This document shows, in pieces, positions 26,666 through 36,496 of a DNA stretch of 64,000 nucleotides. The position numbers and the translations under genes were made by a program. The stretch is from the NCBI GenBank assembly GCA_964398395.1, contig CAYNMU010000001.1, forward strand, positions 4,233-68,232. The letters are read 5' to 3'. Under the pieces are notes generated by a model, which made no database searches, was not told where the DNA came from, and worked only from the letters and a program-made list of their open reading frames with translations. How positions within the stretch are numbered: the first letter of the stretch is position 1; each line of letters starts with the position of its first letter. The stretch is from an uncultured Eubacteriales bacterium (lineage in GTDB: Bacteria > Bacillota > Clostridia > Oscillospirales > Acutalibacteraceae).

Positions 26666-28582
26666 TTATACTAACAGCGAGCTGACAAGCTCGGTATAGC
26701 GGGCGGGGTCTTCAATCGGCAGACCTGCAATGAGCAGTGCCTGTGAATAGAGCACCTCGGCGTATTTTGCCGCCTTTTCTTTATCTTTGCCGAATACTTT
26801 TTTAAGCGCTGCAAAGCTTTTATGACCTGCGTTCAGTTCTAACACCCTTTCAGCTTTCGGCTTGTTTTCACCGGGCATCATTTCAAAATATTTTTCCATT
26901 TCAAGGCTGACGCCACCTGTGCTGGTCAGGCAGACCGCATGTGTTTTAAGTTTGTGCGAAAGCTTTACTTCGGACACATTGCTGTTGAGGGATTCTTTGA
27001 CAAACGCCAAAAGGTCTTTGTTATCCTCAGCCTGTTTTTCGGTTTCCTTCTTTTCATCCTCGGTTTCAAGCCCCAAATCCGCTTCGTTAACCGAAAGGAA
27101 TGTTTTACCCTCAAACTCTCTGAGTGTATTTGCGACAAACTCATCCTCGTCATCCGTGAAGCAAAGCATATCAAAGCCTTTTTCTTTAATCTGCTCGGCC
27201 TGCGGAAGCGAATCTATCTTTTTAACTGTTTCGCCGCAAGCGTAATAAATGTGTTTTTGTTCCTCTGGCATCTTTTCAACATATTCTATGAGCGTTATGC
27301 GTTTTCCTTCAACAGACGAATGGAAAATTAAAAGTTTGTCGAGCAAATCCTTGTGCATACCATAATCACTTAGGATGCCGTATTTAAGCTGCCGCCCAAA
27401 AGCCTCGTAAAACTTTTCATACTTTTCTCTTTCGGCTTCCAAAAGTTTGCCAAGTTCTTCGCGCACTCTTTTTTCAAGGTAAGCAGCGATAACCTTAAGT
27501 TGTCTGTCGTGCTGCAATAGCTCGCGTGAAAGGTTAAGCGAAAGGTCGCCGGAATCGACAATGCCGACCACAAAACGGAAATATTCGGGGAGCAAGTCCT
27601 CGCACCGTTCCATTATCATTACGCCGTTTGAATAAAGCTGCAAGCCTTTTTTAAAGTCCCTTGAGTAATAATCGTAAGGAGCTTTTGAAGGGATGAAAAG
27701 CATAGCTTTATAAACTACCTGACCTTCCGCGTTGATGCGGATAACCTTAACAGGGTCTTCCTGGTCGTAGTATTTTTCTTTATAGAAGGTGACACAATCC
27801 TCGTCGCTAACCTCTTTTTTTGTACGCTGCCAAATAGGCACCATGCTGTTGATGGTTTCTTCTTCAATGTACTTTTCATACTCTGTCTTTTTTTCGCCGT
27901 CTTCATTCGTTTCTTGAGTTTCAATCGGGCGGCTCTTTTCCGTATCCATCTTGATGGGGTAACGGATATAATCCGAATACTTTTTAACAAGCGATTTAAG
28001 TTTATAGCTATCCAAAAACTCGGTATACTTTTCGTCTTCGGTGTCTGCTTTTATTTTTAAAATGATACTGGTGCCAACCGTTTCGCGCTCTGCTTCAGCT
28101 ATTGTGTAGCCGTCCGCACCGTTCGACTTCCAGCGGTACGCCTTGCCGGCACCGTAAGCGCGGGAAATAACGGTAACTTCGTCGCTCACCATAAACGCTG
28201 AATAAAAGCCGACTCCGAACTTGCCGATAATATCAATATCGCCCTGCTCGGTATCCTTGCCGTCCATTTCATTTTTGAAGTTTAAGGAACCGCTTCTGGC
28301 GATAACACCGAGGTTCGACTCCAAATCCTCGTCTGTCATGCCTATGCCGTTATCCGTAATAGTCAGCATGCGATTAGCCTTATCAGCTTCAATTTTAATG
28401 AAAAAGTCGCTGCGGCTCATGCCCACGCCACTGTCTGTCAGCGAAATGTAACATAGCTTGTCAACCGCGTCGCTTGCGTTTGAGAGTATTTCCCTTAAAA
28501 AAATTTCCTTGTGGGTGTAGACGGAGTGCACCATCATATCCAATAATTTTTTTGACTCCGCTTTGAATTGTTTTTTTGCCAT
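26666..28582 (-). CDS. htpG: Molecular chaperone HtpG (Hsp90)
   Basis: 638-aa ORF. N-terminal GHKL ATPase motifs (EIFLREILSNASDAVDKL, DNGIGMT, GKFGVGFYSAFMV) and Hsp90 middle and C-terminal domains. Confidence 0.95.
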   Translation of the reverse strand: MAKKQFKAESKKLLDMMVHSVYTHKEIFLREILSNASDAVDKLCYISLTDSGVGMSRSDFFIKIEADKANRMLTITDNGIGMTDEDLESNLGVIARSGSLNFKNEMDGKDTEQGDIDIIGKFGVGFYSAFMVSDEVTVISRAYGAGKAYRWKSNGADGYTIAEAERETVGTSIILKIKADTEDEKYTEFLDSYKLKSLVKKYSDYIRYPIKMDTEKSRPIETQETNEDGEKKTEYEKYIEEETINSMVPIWQRTKKEVSDEDCVTFYKEKYYDQEDPVKVIRINAEGQVVYKAMLFIPSKAPYDYYSRDFKKGLQLYSNGVMIMERCEDLLPEYFRFVVGIVDSGDLSLNLSRELLQHDRQLKVIAAYLEKRVREELGKLLEAEREKYEKFYEAFGRQLKYGILSDYGMHKDLLDKLLIFHSSVEGKRITLIEYVEKMPEEQKHIYYACGETVKKIDSLPQAEQIKEKGFDMLCFTDDEDEFVANTLREFEGKTFLSVNEADLGLETEDEKKETEKQAEDNKDLLAFVKESLNSNVSEVKLSHKLKTHAVCLTSTGGVSLEMEKYFEMMPGENKPKAERVLELNAGHKSFAALKKVFGKDKEKAAKYAEVLYSQALLIAGLPIEDPARYTELVSSLLV

Positions 28583-28719
28583 TGTTAAATCGTCCTTTCA
28601 AAATAAAAAATGCTTTTTAGCATTCGATTTGCGAGCTTTTTATTTATTTTAGCAAAGAAATTATAACACATTTTTAATAAAATTAAAACAAATTATTAAT
28701 TTTTAATTTAATTGAAATT

Positions 28720-31700
28720 CTATATAGCCGATTGGGTTATCTCAGAAAGGAAAAGCCCGGCTTGCTCCAGCAGTTGTGCATCAAGGCTGTCAACAAACCC
28801 GTCGTGGTTAGCGTCGGCGGCATAGTATGCAATATCACCCAAATCACCTTGCGTCAGCATACCCGCCGCAATTAAGCTTGCTATGCAAGCATCGTTACCG
28901 TTTGCATAACCGTCACCGTCGGCGTCGCCGAAAATAACGATGTAATAAGTTGCAATAGCCTTGCTGTCGCCATCGCGTACAATCTCAACCTTTGTGCCGG
29001 TGCCAAAGCCGTTGGCTGTAGGGGTATATATCAGGTGTCCGTGCCCGATAATATCAACATACCCCTGCGCGACAAGGTTGCTGAGAGAGCTGTCGGCCGT
29101 TAAACCATATATATAGCCATGTTCGGTGTCAATAACTGCTGTGCTGCCCGATGTTGCTTCAAGGGCGACAACCGCCTCCGTAAGCCCTGCAATTGCGTCG
29201 TTAATTGCCAATGCAACCGTATCAACCTCTATTTGCCGTGTAATATTGTAGGCGGGGACAGCATCGCGTATTGCAGAGCCGGCAGATATTGCGCTTGCAA
29301 GAGTTGCCCAACTTTCCGCGGTATAAAGGCTTTCTGTTAAGGCATCTGCGGAGATTATTGCCGCTTGCATATCCGACAAATCGGCGGTTTTGAAAACCAA
29401 GTTGTCTATTGCGTTTGAAATTGCTGCGGCATAACCGTTTACTAAGGTTTGCTCTGTTATATTATAGCCATACACCACCGCATCGATTGCCGTTTGAACA
29501 ATAACCCAATTAGTATAGTCCAAAGCCGTTAAAGCATTTGCGGCAGCAATAGCGGCGTTAACCGCGGAGTAATCAGCTTCCTTGTAAATAAGCCCTGTAG
29601 CAGCAGCGTTAATCGCTAAAACAGCCTCATCAACCTCTGCTTGCTGTGTAATATCATAGCAAGGGACCGCGTCGCGAATTGCGATACCTGCCGAAAGAGC
29701 GTTAGCGAGTGTCATCCAACTTACCGGGGTATATGAGCTTTCGGTTAAAGCTGAGGCAGAGTTAATAGCTGTTAGTAAAGCAGATAGTTCCGCAGCATTG
29801 TAAACAAGCGAACTTCGAGCATCTAAAATACTCAGCGCCCAAGAGTCTACGACAGTTTGTTCATTTGCATGTTTGCCGTTTTGGACGGCATTGCGGGCGT
29901 TAACGAGTGCCTGCCATGAAGCAGTTGTGTAAAAGATCGAATGATTAGCTTCATGCGTTGCCTGCATTGCCTTTTGCGCATTTGCATACAGGTAATCCGC
30001 ATTGTTTATGATTTTTGCGTTAACCAAAGATTGCAGTTCATCTGTCCAATTGATAACTGTGCCTTGCTCCGGCATTAGAAGACCGTCAACAATGGCATTT
30101 AGTTTAGCTTGAATCGCATTTACGCTCGCAGTTGAATAGGTTGTGATAAAATGGCCTCCGCCTTCGGGATTTTGGACATAAACCTTGCTGTTGACTGCCG
30201 TCAATGCGTTTGCACGCACCGCGTCGAGCTCGGTGTAATCGGCAAATTTAATTGTCATGCCGTTAAAAGCAGTTTGGAGTGCTGTGCCCATGCCGGTTAC
30301 CAATGTTTGGTCGGGCATTTTAAGACCAAGTGTAACACCATAAACCGCACTTTCCCAGTTTGTGTAGCTCGTATCGGTGTAGTTTTTCCAATATAGCATC
30401 TGGTCCAGGTATTGCGGGTAAATTGCACCGTTTGCCGTAATATAATTGCCGGCGGGGGAACCTGTTAGGTCGTTTATGCCCGATATTTGATTAAGATAAT
30501 AGTCAACCGCAGTATAGTCCGCATTCTTTAATACAATCGCTCGCCAGGTGCTGTTGATGCTTGCAACCATCGAATTAATGTAGGCTTGGTATCTTATATC
30601 ATGACCGTATTCCACGCTTGAAAGCACAACGGCTAATTCTGAGGTGCTTTGATAGAAGCCGGAAGGGTAATAATTAGAGCCCGCAAGGTAATAATCCGGG
30701 TCTAATGTCGGGCTTGGCCGATACCCTTGATCGGCATTGTAAACATTGCTAACCAGTGTGTTTAACGCCGTATAATTTGCCGGCACATATTTGAAATTGT
30801 TTTTGGCCGTGTTGAGGTCATTGACGGCAGCGGCGATTTGAGCAGATGAGGCGTTGGGCTGATTCAGGACAGCTTTTGATTTTGCAAGCTGTGTCAGGTA
30901 CGCTGTAAAAGAACCGTCGGTGTTTGTATAGCCGTCATGGATTTGCCGGAAAGCGGTATCCTCGGTTGCTATTAAGGAGCGAAGTGCGGATTTTTGTACA
31001 ACATGGAAGGTAATCAGCCATGTGTCCCATGTGGTCAAATAAACCTGTTGTTCGTAATTCCCATAAATTGCGCTTGCAAAAGTTATTTTTTGCCCGTCGG
31101 GAGGAAGCGTCGTGCCGGCGAAATTAAAAGTCATTGTGCCGGGATTTGAGTCAATATATTGAGATTGATTGTTGTTCGCGTTTGTTGAATGAAAGTAGGA
31201 TTGCGCGGTCCCGTTTGAAGTGTCTCCGTTGCTGAAAAGCTGGTTGCCTAACAAATAAATCATCTTATCCTGGTATATGGTTGCTATTTGAGCAGGTGAG
31301 GTACTTCTCCAATACAGCAGCTTGATGCCCAGCTGGCTGATGTTGGTCACCACGGAAGGGTCATAATAGACATCGAGATTAGCGCGGTTTCCACCGTCAA
31401 CATTATCATTATTATCCCCGTCTTTACCGGGCTGCCCGCAATACCAGACACTGCAGTTTTCTCTGGCGTCATAACCGGGGTCCCAAAGCTTCATGCCGCT
31501 GTAGGAACCGCCGGAACCGGCTATAAACCCTGTGCTACCGCCGCCTGCGTACATTTTGTAGTAGCCGGTTCCGCCGCTGCCATATACCACATAACCGTAG
31601 CCTGTAGAACATGAGCCGGCTAAAACGGCTGTATATTCATGGCGTGTATGCGTAACATCGGAAAAATTTCTTCTGACAACATAGTTTTGCCAGCCTGCCC

Positions 31701-32274
31701 CGAGCTCTACCAAATCGATATAACTTGCTGCTTTTTGAGTATATTGCCTGCCGTTTAGAGTGTAGGTAAAAGTATAATCAATGTAATTGCCTTCAACAGC
31801 GTTTCCGCCCGAAATATGCCAGGTGTAGGGGTTGCCGCTTGTGTTGTCGACAACAATGGTAATAACGCTGGCCCCTTGCGATGAAGCTATTAAGGTCGGA
31901 GCAGATGCGCCGGAAGGGAGCGTAATGCTAATGCTTGTGCTGTAGCTTTGCATGGTTCTGGTTGCGTAGTTGATAACATGTGTTTGAATGGTGGAGCAGT
32001 CCGCGGCAGAAAGAGCCTGATTGTCAAGCCCGTATTCTGCATTTGCAACGCGGATGACCGGTGGCACCGAAACAATTCCGGCGTATGCGCTGTTATTTGA
32101 AATTTCCTCCATCCAGGAACCGGATTGAAACCCTTGCTCCGCCGCAGCGGCAACCTGACTGTCTGCCTTTGGGGTAGTATTAATAGCGATAGGGGCGATT
32201 GAATAGCGGGGCGCAATGGAAAATAACATAGCAAAAACTATGATAATAGCAATAATCTTAATATGCTTTTTCAT
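28720..32274 (-). CDS. Giant secreted surface protein: unknown N-terminal domain, multiple FIVAR-like helical repeats, beta module and C-terminal dockerin-like domain
   Basis: 1184-aa ORF with GGAGG SD 7 nt upstream and a signal peptide. aa ~30-440 have no recognisable family. aa ~440-1040 hold repeated ADY(T/S)A(V/L)...L FIVAR-like units, including two close internal duplicates. The last 69 aa (nt 28723-28929) have two EF-hand-like loops, GDADGDGYANGND and DANHDGFVDSLD, which is a dockerin signature. Confidence 0.85.
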   Translation of the reverse strand: MKKHIKIIAIIIVFAMLFSIAPRYSIAPIAINTTPKADSQVAAAAEQGFQSGSWMEEISNNSAYAGIVSVPPVIRVANAEYGLDNQALSAADCSTIQTHVINYATRTMQSYSTSISITLPSGASAPTLIASSQGASVITIVVDNTSGNPYTWHISGGNAVEGNYIDYTFTYTLNGRQYTQKAASYIDLVELGAGWQNYVVRRNFSDVTHTRHEYTAVLAGSCSTGYGYVVYGSGGTGYYKMYAGGGSTGFIAGSGGSYSGMKLWDPGYDARENCSVWYCGQPGKDGDNNDNVDGGNRANLDVYYDPSVVTNISQLGIKLLYWRSTSPAQIATIYQDKMIYLLGNQLFSNGDTSNGTAQSYFHSTNANNNQSQYIDSNPGTMTFNFAGTTLPPDGQKITFASAIYGNYEQQVYLTTWDTWLITFHVVQKSALRSLIATEDTAFRQIHDGYTNTDGSFTAYLTQLAKSKAVLNQPNASSAQIAAAVNDLNTAKNNFKYVPANYTALNTLVSNVYNADQGYRPSPTLDPDYYLAGSNYYPSGFYQSTSELAVVLSSVEYGHDIRYQAYINSMVASINSTWRAIVLKNADYTAVDYYLNQISGINDLTGSPAGNYITANGAIYPQYLDQMLYWKNYTDTSYTNWESAVYGVTLGLKMPDQTLVTGMGTALQTAFNGMTIKFADYTELDAVRANALTAVNSKVYVQNPEGGGHFITTYSTASVNAIQAKLNAIVDGLLMPEQGTVINWTDELQSLVNAKIINNADYLYANAQKAMQATHEANHSIFYTTASWQALVNARNAVQNGKHANEQTVVDSWALSILDARSSLVYNAAELSALLTAINSASALTESSYTPVSWMTLANALSAGIAIRDAVPCYDITQQAEVDEAVLAINAAATGLIYKEADYSAVNAAIAAANALTALDYTNWVIVQTAIDAVVYGYNITEQTLVNGYAAAISNAIDNLVFKTADLSDMQAAIISADALTESLYTAESWATLASAISAGSAIRDAVPAYNITRQIEVDTVALAINDAIAGLTEAVVALEATSGSTAVIDTEHGYIYGLTADSSLSNLVAQGYVDIIGHGHLIYTPTANGFGTGTKVEIVRDGDSKAIATYYIVIFGDADGDGYANGNDACIASLIAAGMLTQGDLGDIAYYAADANHDGFVDSLDAQLLEQAGLFLSEITQSAI

Positions 32275-32496
32275 GTACGCGCCTCCTAAACAAAATCAAA
32301 TCTATCCAATTTAATCATATCATTTCGGTTTGAATAAGTCAATTGCATGAGAGGTCTTAGGCGGTTAAATTTGGCTAAACTATTGTAATTTCGCATATTT
32401 TATTATATAATTTATATATATAAAAGCTAATATTTTCGGTTAGATATTTATATTTAAATTATAGGTCTCAGCATTTTTGCCAAAGGAGGCACTGCT

Positions 32497-35400
32497 ATGA
32501 AAACTAAAAAAATCATATCACTATTATTAGCGATATGCCTCATATTAACTTTGCAGCCGCTCAATACAAAATTCGCTTACGCAGTTGTGAACGAACTGAA
32601 CACAGCGCTTAATGTTGCAGGGGGTACGCTTTCTTTTGTAAACGATGCAGTTCATCCTTGGATAGTGGACAGCACAACAGACGCGGGAAGAACCTCAGCC
32701 GCATCAAACATCAATGGTATCAGCTACGGTTCAACATCGCTTACGCTTAACGCTGGTACTCTTTTACAGAATAAGGTGTTAACATTTGACTGGAATGTCA
32801 GCAGCGAGACGGATAAAGACTCATTGAATTTTATCGTTAACGGCACTCCCTCGACTGATTTATTGCCTATCACGGGTCAAACCGGAACTTGGTCAACTTA
32901 TAAATTTGTTGTGCCAAGCACCGGCACATATACCTTCACATGGACATACGAGAAGGACGGAGCGGTTGACAGCGGAGCAGACAGAGGCTGGATTGACAAT
33001 GTCAAAATCGGCGATTTTGTGCATGTCGAAAGTGTTGTTGTTTCGCCGGCTGTTTCATCATGTAACATCAGTTTTACCACACAGCTTACTGCTTCGGTTT
33101 TGCCGGCGGATGCAACCAATCAAAAAATTATATCTTGGGCCAGCGACAATACAGCAATTGCAACGGTAAGCAGTACCGGGCTTGTAATCGGCGTTGCGCA
33201 GGGAACAGCGTATATTGTCGCCACTTCAGCAGAGAATGGGGAAATACTTGGTGAAGGCCGTGTAAATGTGCAAGCGCCGGTGGCGACCACCGGGATTTCG
33301 CTCGACTATTCTCAAGGAACGCTTTTGTTTGACGGAACTGCTGGGGATTCCGGTTACTTGGTTGCGACGATTACCCCTGCGCTTGCATCATACAGAACAA
33401 TTTCATGGTTTACAAGCGCACCTGCGATTGTAGCAATTACCACCGCCGGAAAAGTAACGGCCAAAAGCGTGGGCACGGCTACCATCACAGCAAGATCTCA
33501 AACCGGCAGCTTTACGGCAACCTGTCAAATTACAGTTGTCCCGAACTCATCCTTACAGGACCAAACCCACTTGACTTATACCCCGATAACACTCGGTGCA
33601 ACAACGCCGATGACTTTGGGCTGGCAAAGCTCGAGCTATATCGCATACAGTCGACCGCCTTTAATGCCTTTTACTTCAGCAAAAGGTTTCAGCGTTCATC
33701 TTGAAGCCGGAAAAAAAATCAGATTTGAAACGGGCGGCAGCACAACTTCGGTCGATACTTATTTAGATATTTACGATGCAAGCTTTAATCGCGTTGTTTT
33801 TGACGATGATGAAGGCAATATGAGTTATAGCCTTATTGAAAGCTTTGTTGTGCCGACAACAGGCATATACTATATACTTGTCAGCGGATACAGCTATTCT
33901 TCCAAAGGAAGTTTCAACTTGTATGTCAACGAAGTTCCGCCGGTTCCTGTTACCGGAGTTTCCTTTAATCAAGATACTTTTTCTGTACCGTTAACTTATA
34001 CTTTGCCGGTACCATATTCCGTTTTGCCTGGGAATGCGGATACAAAAGGGGTTACCTTCACCTCAAGCAATGAGAGTTCCATAACTGTGAATACGGCGGG
34101 GGAAGTTACCGGGGTTAATCCGGGCAGCTCGGTAATAACGGTTACAACGGTACAAGGCGGTTTTACAGACACCTGCCTTGTAAGTGTCGGCTACACGCCG
34201 GTTGCAAGCGTTTCGTATGAAACGGACGCAGTGATAGTCGGCATTAACTATACGAAAACGCTGCAATATTCCATCCAACCTGCTGCTGCTCAGCTCCGTG
34301 GGGTCACTTTTACTTCAAGCAATTTAAGCGTTGCAACCGTCAGTTCTCTAGGCATTGTGAAGGCTGTCGGGTTGGGGAATGCTGTCATCACCGTGACAAC
34401 CGCGGACGGTGGGCATACCGATATTTGTTCGGTTATGGTGGTTGCGGTTAACATCTCAACCTGCGCGTCGGTTACCTTAGTTGCGGGTGATGTATGGGGG
34501 GATGGCACCGGCTATCAATTGCTGCTTGATGCCAACGCGGATACTTATGGCCGACTTTTTCAAAAGAACGGTGCACTTAATGTGAGCGGGGATGTACCCG
34601 ATTCAATATACAACCAGTTTGAAGTTAAAATTCCATCAAACGCCAACGGTGTTCTGACTACTTCGAATATCATCGTAAACAATTCAATGACTATTCTGCT
34701 GCCTGCCGGCATATATGATTATTGCATTGCCAACCCGACTCCTTCATACAATAAGGTATGGATAGCAAATACCGATATTACTAGCCCCGGCAGATATAAC
34801 AATTACAATTTTCAAGCAGGGTATTCGTATTCTTTTGTGATGACCAATAATGGCAATCCGGTGTTTCCGCGCGATGTAACTACTCTTACAGCCACATATA
34901 CCGGAGCAGGGCTTTCAAAATATACAGTAAATTATAATGTGGCGGGCGGCGGAACGCTTAGCGGTAAAACGGATCTTTTAGTTGAGGAAGGTTATACACT
35001 GACTGCTAATGATATGCCCACCCCAACACCGAATGTCGGTTATCAATTTATCGGGTGGAATGCCAACCCAGTTGGGAATGAAATTACAGCGCCTATTTCA
35101 TTCACGGCAATATTCGAAATTAACACCTTTACTGTTATTTTCAAGGACTGGAACCTTATTGTGTTGAAGACGCAGGAAAATGTAGCATATGGCAGCGCGG
35201 CCACCGCACCAACTTCACCTACAAGGGCTGACTATCAATTTGTGGGTTGGAGTCCTTCTTTCTCTTCGGTTACAAGCAATTTAACTGTGATTGCACAATA
35301 CGTACGCAATTCATATTTAGTTAATTTTCCAACAAGTGATGGCTTTGTGGCGGCACCGGAAGGATTATCTGTTAATCCGGTACCCTGGGGAGGTAAATTT

Positions 35401-36420
35401 ACTTTTACGGTAACTCTAACCCAAAATTACAGCAATTCAACACTTGTGGTTAAGTCCAACGGTACAACGCTTACGCCGGTGCGTAATGTATATACAATAG
35501 ACAATATAAAGGAGACTAAAACCATTACGGTTACAGGTGCCATACTTAACAATGCTGTTTATACTGCACTTGATGCAGCAATTGCGCTTACACCTGCTTA
35601 TTCTGACTCATTGTATACAATAACAACCATCAATGCTTTTAGATGTGCTGTAGCCGCAGGGCAGGGGATTGCAAGAAATTTAGATGTGCTGTCTCAACCA
35701 ACTATCGATGCTGCGACTTTGGCGATAGTAACTGCATACAACAACCTTGGTTTAAAGTCTGCAAGTTATACGGCGCTTGATACTGCCATAGCGCTTACAC
35801 CACCTTATAATAATGTATACTATACCGAAGCGACTTTAACGGCTTTCAGCGGGGCAATAACGACCGGTCAAGGCGTTTCACGTGCACTTAATATTACGCA
35901 GCAAGCCACTGTTGACAACGCCGCAGCCGCTATAAACACGGCCTTTAGTAACCTTGCACTTGGGCCGGCACAAACTGAATTTATTATAAAAGGCGCGTCG
36001 AGCCTTGTTATTAGCCGCATGAACAATTCGGTTAAAGGCTTCAGCATTCAAACGAACAATGTTGCCAATGTACTCGCTCAGTTTGATAATGCGGCAATCA
36101 TTACAATTACGAATAGCAAAGGAGTCCAACTTAATTCAGGTGAATTGGTAGGCACCGGCGCAACGATTAAGTTGCTGAGTAAAGACGGTGTTATGGTTGA
36201 CCAAGTAACAGCTATTGTTTATGGCGACATTGATGGTAACGGTATTGCAGACGGCAATGATGCAGTAATAGTCAGCCTGATTGCCGGAGGTATGCTTACG
36301 CAGGCGCAAGTTGGTGAGTTTGCTTACAGCGCTGCGGATGTTAACCGAGACGGGCTAATAGATAGCGTTGATGTTACATTGTTAGAGCAGTCAGGGTTAT
36401 TCTTGATAAATGTAAGCTAA
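32497..36420 (+). CDS. Giant secreted multi-domain adhesin-like protein (jelly-roll N-domain, Big_2 x4, PPC-like, gingipain/HagA-type adhesin module, InlB-type B-repeats, FIVAR, dockerin-like C-terminus)
   Basis: 1307-aa ORF with GGAGG SD and a signal peptide. Big_2-like units (for example ATVSSTGLVIGVAQGTAYIVAT, VTAKSVGTATITA, GEVTGVNPGSSVITV, VKAVGLGNAVITV). DTYLDIYDASFNRVVFDDDEG is pre-peptidase C-terminal-like. VAGDVWGDGTGYQLLLDA...PAGIYDYCIANP...VWIAN resembles the RgpA/Kgp/HagA adhesin region. YQFIGWN and YQFVGWSP are Listeria-Bacteroides repeats. Two FIVAR units. Dockerin loops GDIDGNGIADGND and DVNRDGLIDSVD lie at nt 36223-36417. Confidence 0.85.
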   Translation: MKTKKIISLLLAICLILTLQPLNTKFAYAVVNELNTALNVAGGTLSFVNDAVHPWIVDSTTDAGRTSAASNINGISYGSTSLTLNAGTLLQNKVLTFDWNVSSETDKDSLNFIVNGTPSTDLLPITGQTGTWSTYKFVVPSTGTYTFTWTYEKDGAVDSGADRGWIDNVKIGDFVHVESVVVSPAVSSCNISFTTQLTASVLPADATNQKIISWASDNTAIATVSSTGLVIGVAQGTAYIVATSAENGEILGEGRVNVQAPVATTGISLDYSQGTLLFDGTAGDSGYLVATITPALASYRTISWFTSAPAIVAITTAGKVTAKSVGTATITARSQTGSFTATCQITVVPNSSLQDQTHLTYTPITLGATTPMTLGWQSSSYIAYSRPPLMPFTSAKGFSVHLEAGKKIRFETGGSTTSVDTYLDIYDASFNRVVFDDDEGNMSYSLIESFVVPTTGIYYILVSGYSYSSKGSFNLYVNEVPPVPVTGVSFNQDTFSVPLTYTLPVPYSVLPGNADTKGVTFTSSNESSITVNTAGEVTGVNPGSSVITVTTVQGGFTDTCLVSVGYTPVASVSYETDAVIVGINYTKTLQYSIQPAAAQLRGVTFTSSNLSVATVSSLGIVKAVGLGNAVITVTTADGGHTDICSVMVVAVNISTCASVTLVAGDVWGDGTGYQLLLDANADTYGRLFQKNGALNVSGDVPDSIYNQFEVKIPSNANGVLTTSNIIVNNSMTILLPAGIYDYCIANPTPSYNKVWIANTDITSPGRYNNYNFQAGYSYSFVMTNNGNPVFPRDVTTLTATYTGAGLSKYTVNYNVAGGGTLSGKTDLLVEEGYTLTANDMPTPTPNVGYQFIGWNANPVGNEITAPISFTAIFEINTFTVIFKDWNLIVLKTQENVAYGSAATAPTSPTRADYQFVGWSPSFSSVTSNLTVIAQYVRNSYLVNFPTSDGFVAAPEGLSVNPVPWGGKFTFTVTLTQNYSNSTLVVKSNGTTLTPVRNVYTIDNIKETKTITVTGAILNNAVYTALDAAIALTPAYSDSLYTITTINAFRCAVAAGQGIARNLDVLSQPTIDAATLAIVTAYNNLGLKSASYTALDTAIALTPPYNNVYYTEATLTAFSGAITTGQGVSRALNITQQATVDNAAAAINTAFSNLALGPAQTEFIIKGASSLVISRMNNSVKGFSIQTNNVANVLAQFDNAAIITITNSKGVQLNSGELVGTGATIKLLSKDGVMVDQVTAIVYGDIDGNGIADGNDAVIVSLIAGGMLTQAQVGEFAYSAADVNRDGLIDSVDVTLLEQSGLFLINVS

Positions 36421-36461
36421 TTAATAATCTTTTATAATATAATGTATTGAGTGATTCAAAA

Positions 36462-36496
36462 AGCGTTGGAGAGGGTAACCTGTTCCAACGCTTTTA
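36462..36496 (+). terminator. Intrinsic terminator of the 1307-aa gene
   Basis: AGCGTTGGA/TCCAACGCT stem with a 13-nt loop, followed by TTTT. Confidence 0.7.

Noticed and set aside
28583-28719. CIRCE or CtsR heat-shock operator upstream of htpG.
   Set aside because: Only a short AATGCT-TTTT-AGCATT palindrome is present. It is better explained as the weak terminator of the upstream 1184-aa gene. There is no TTAGCACTC-N9-GAGTGCTAA or GGTCAAA repeat.
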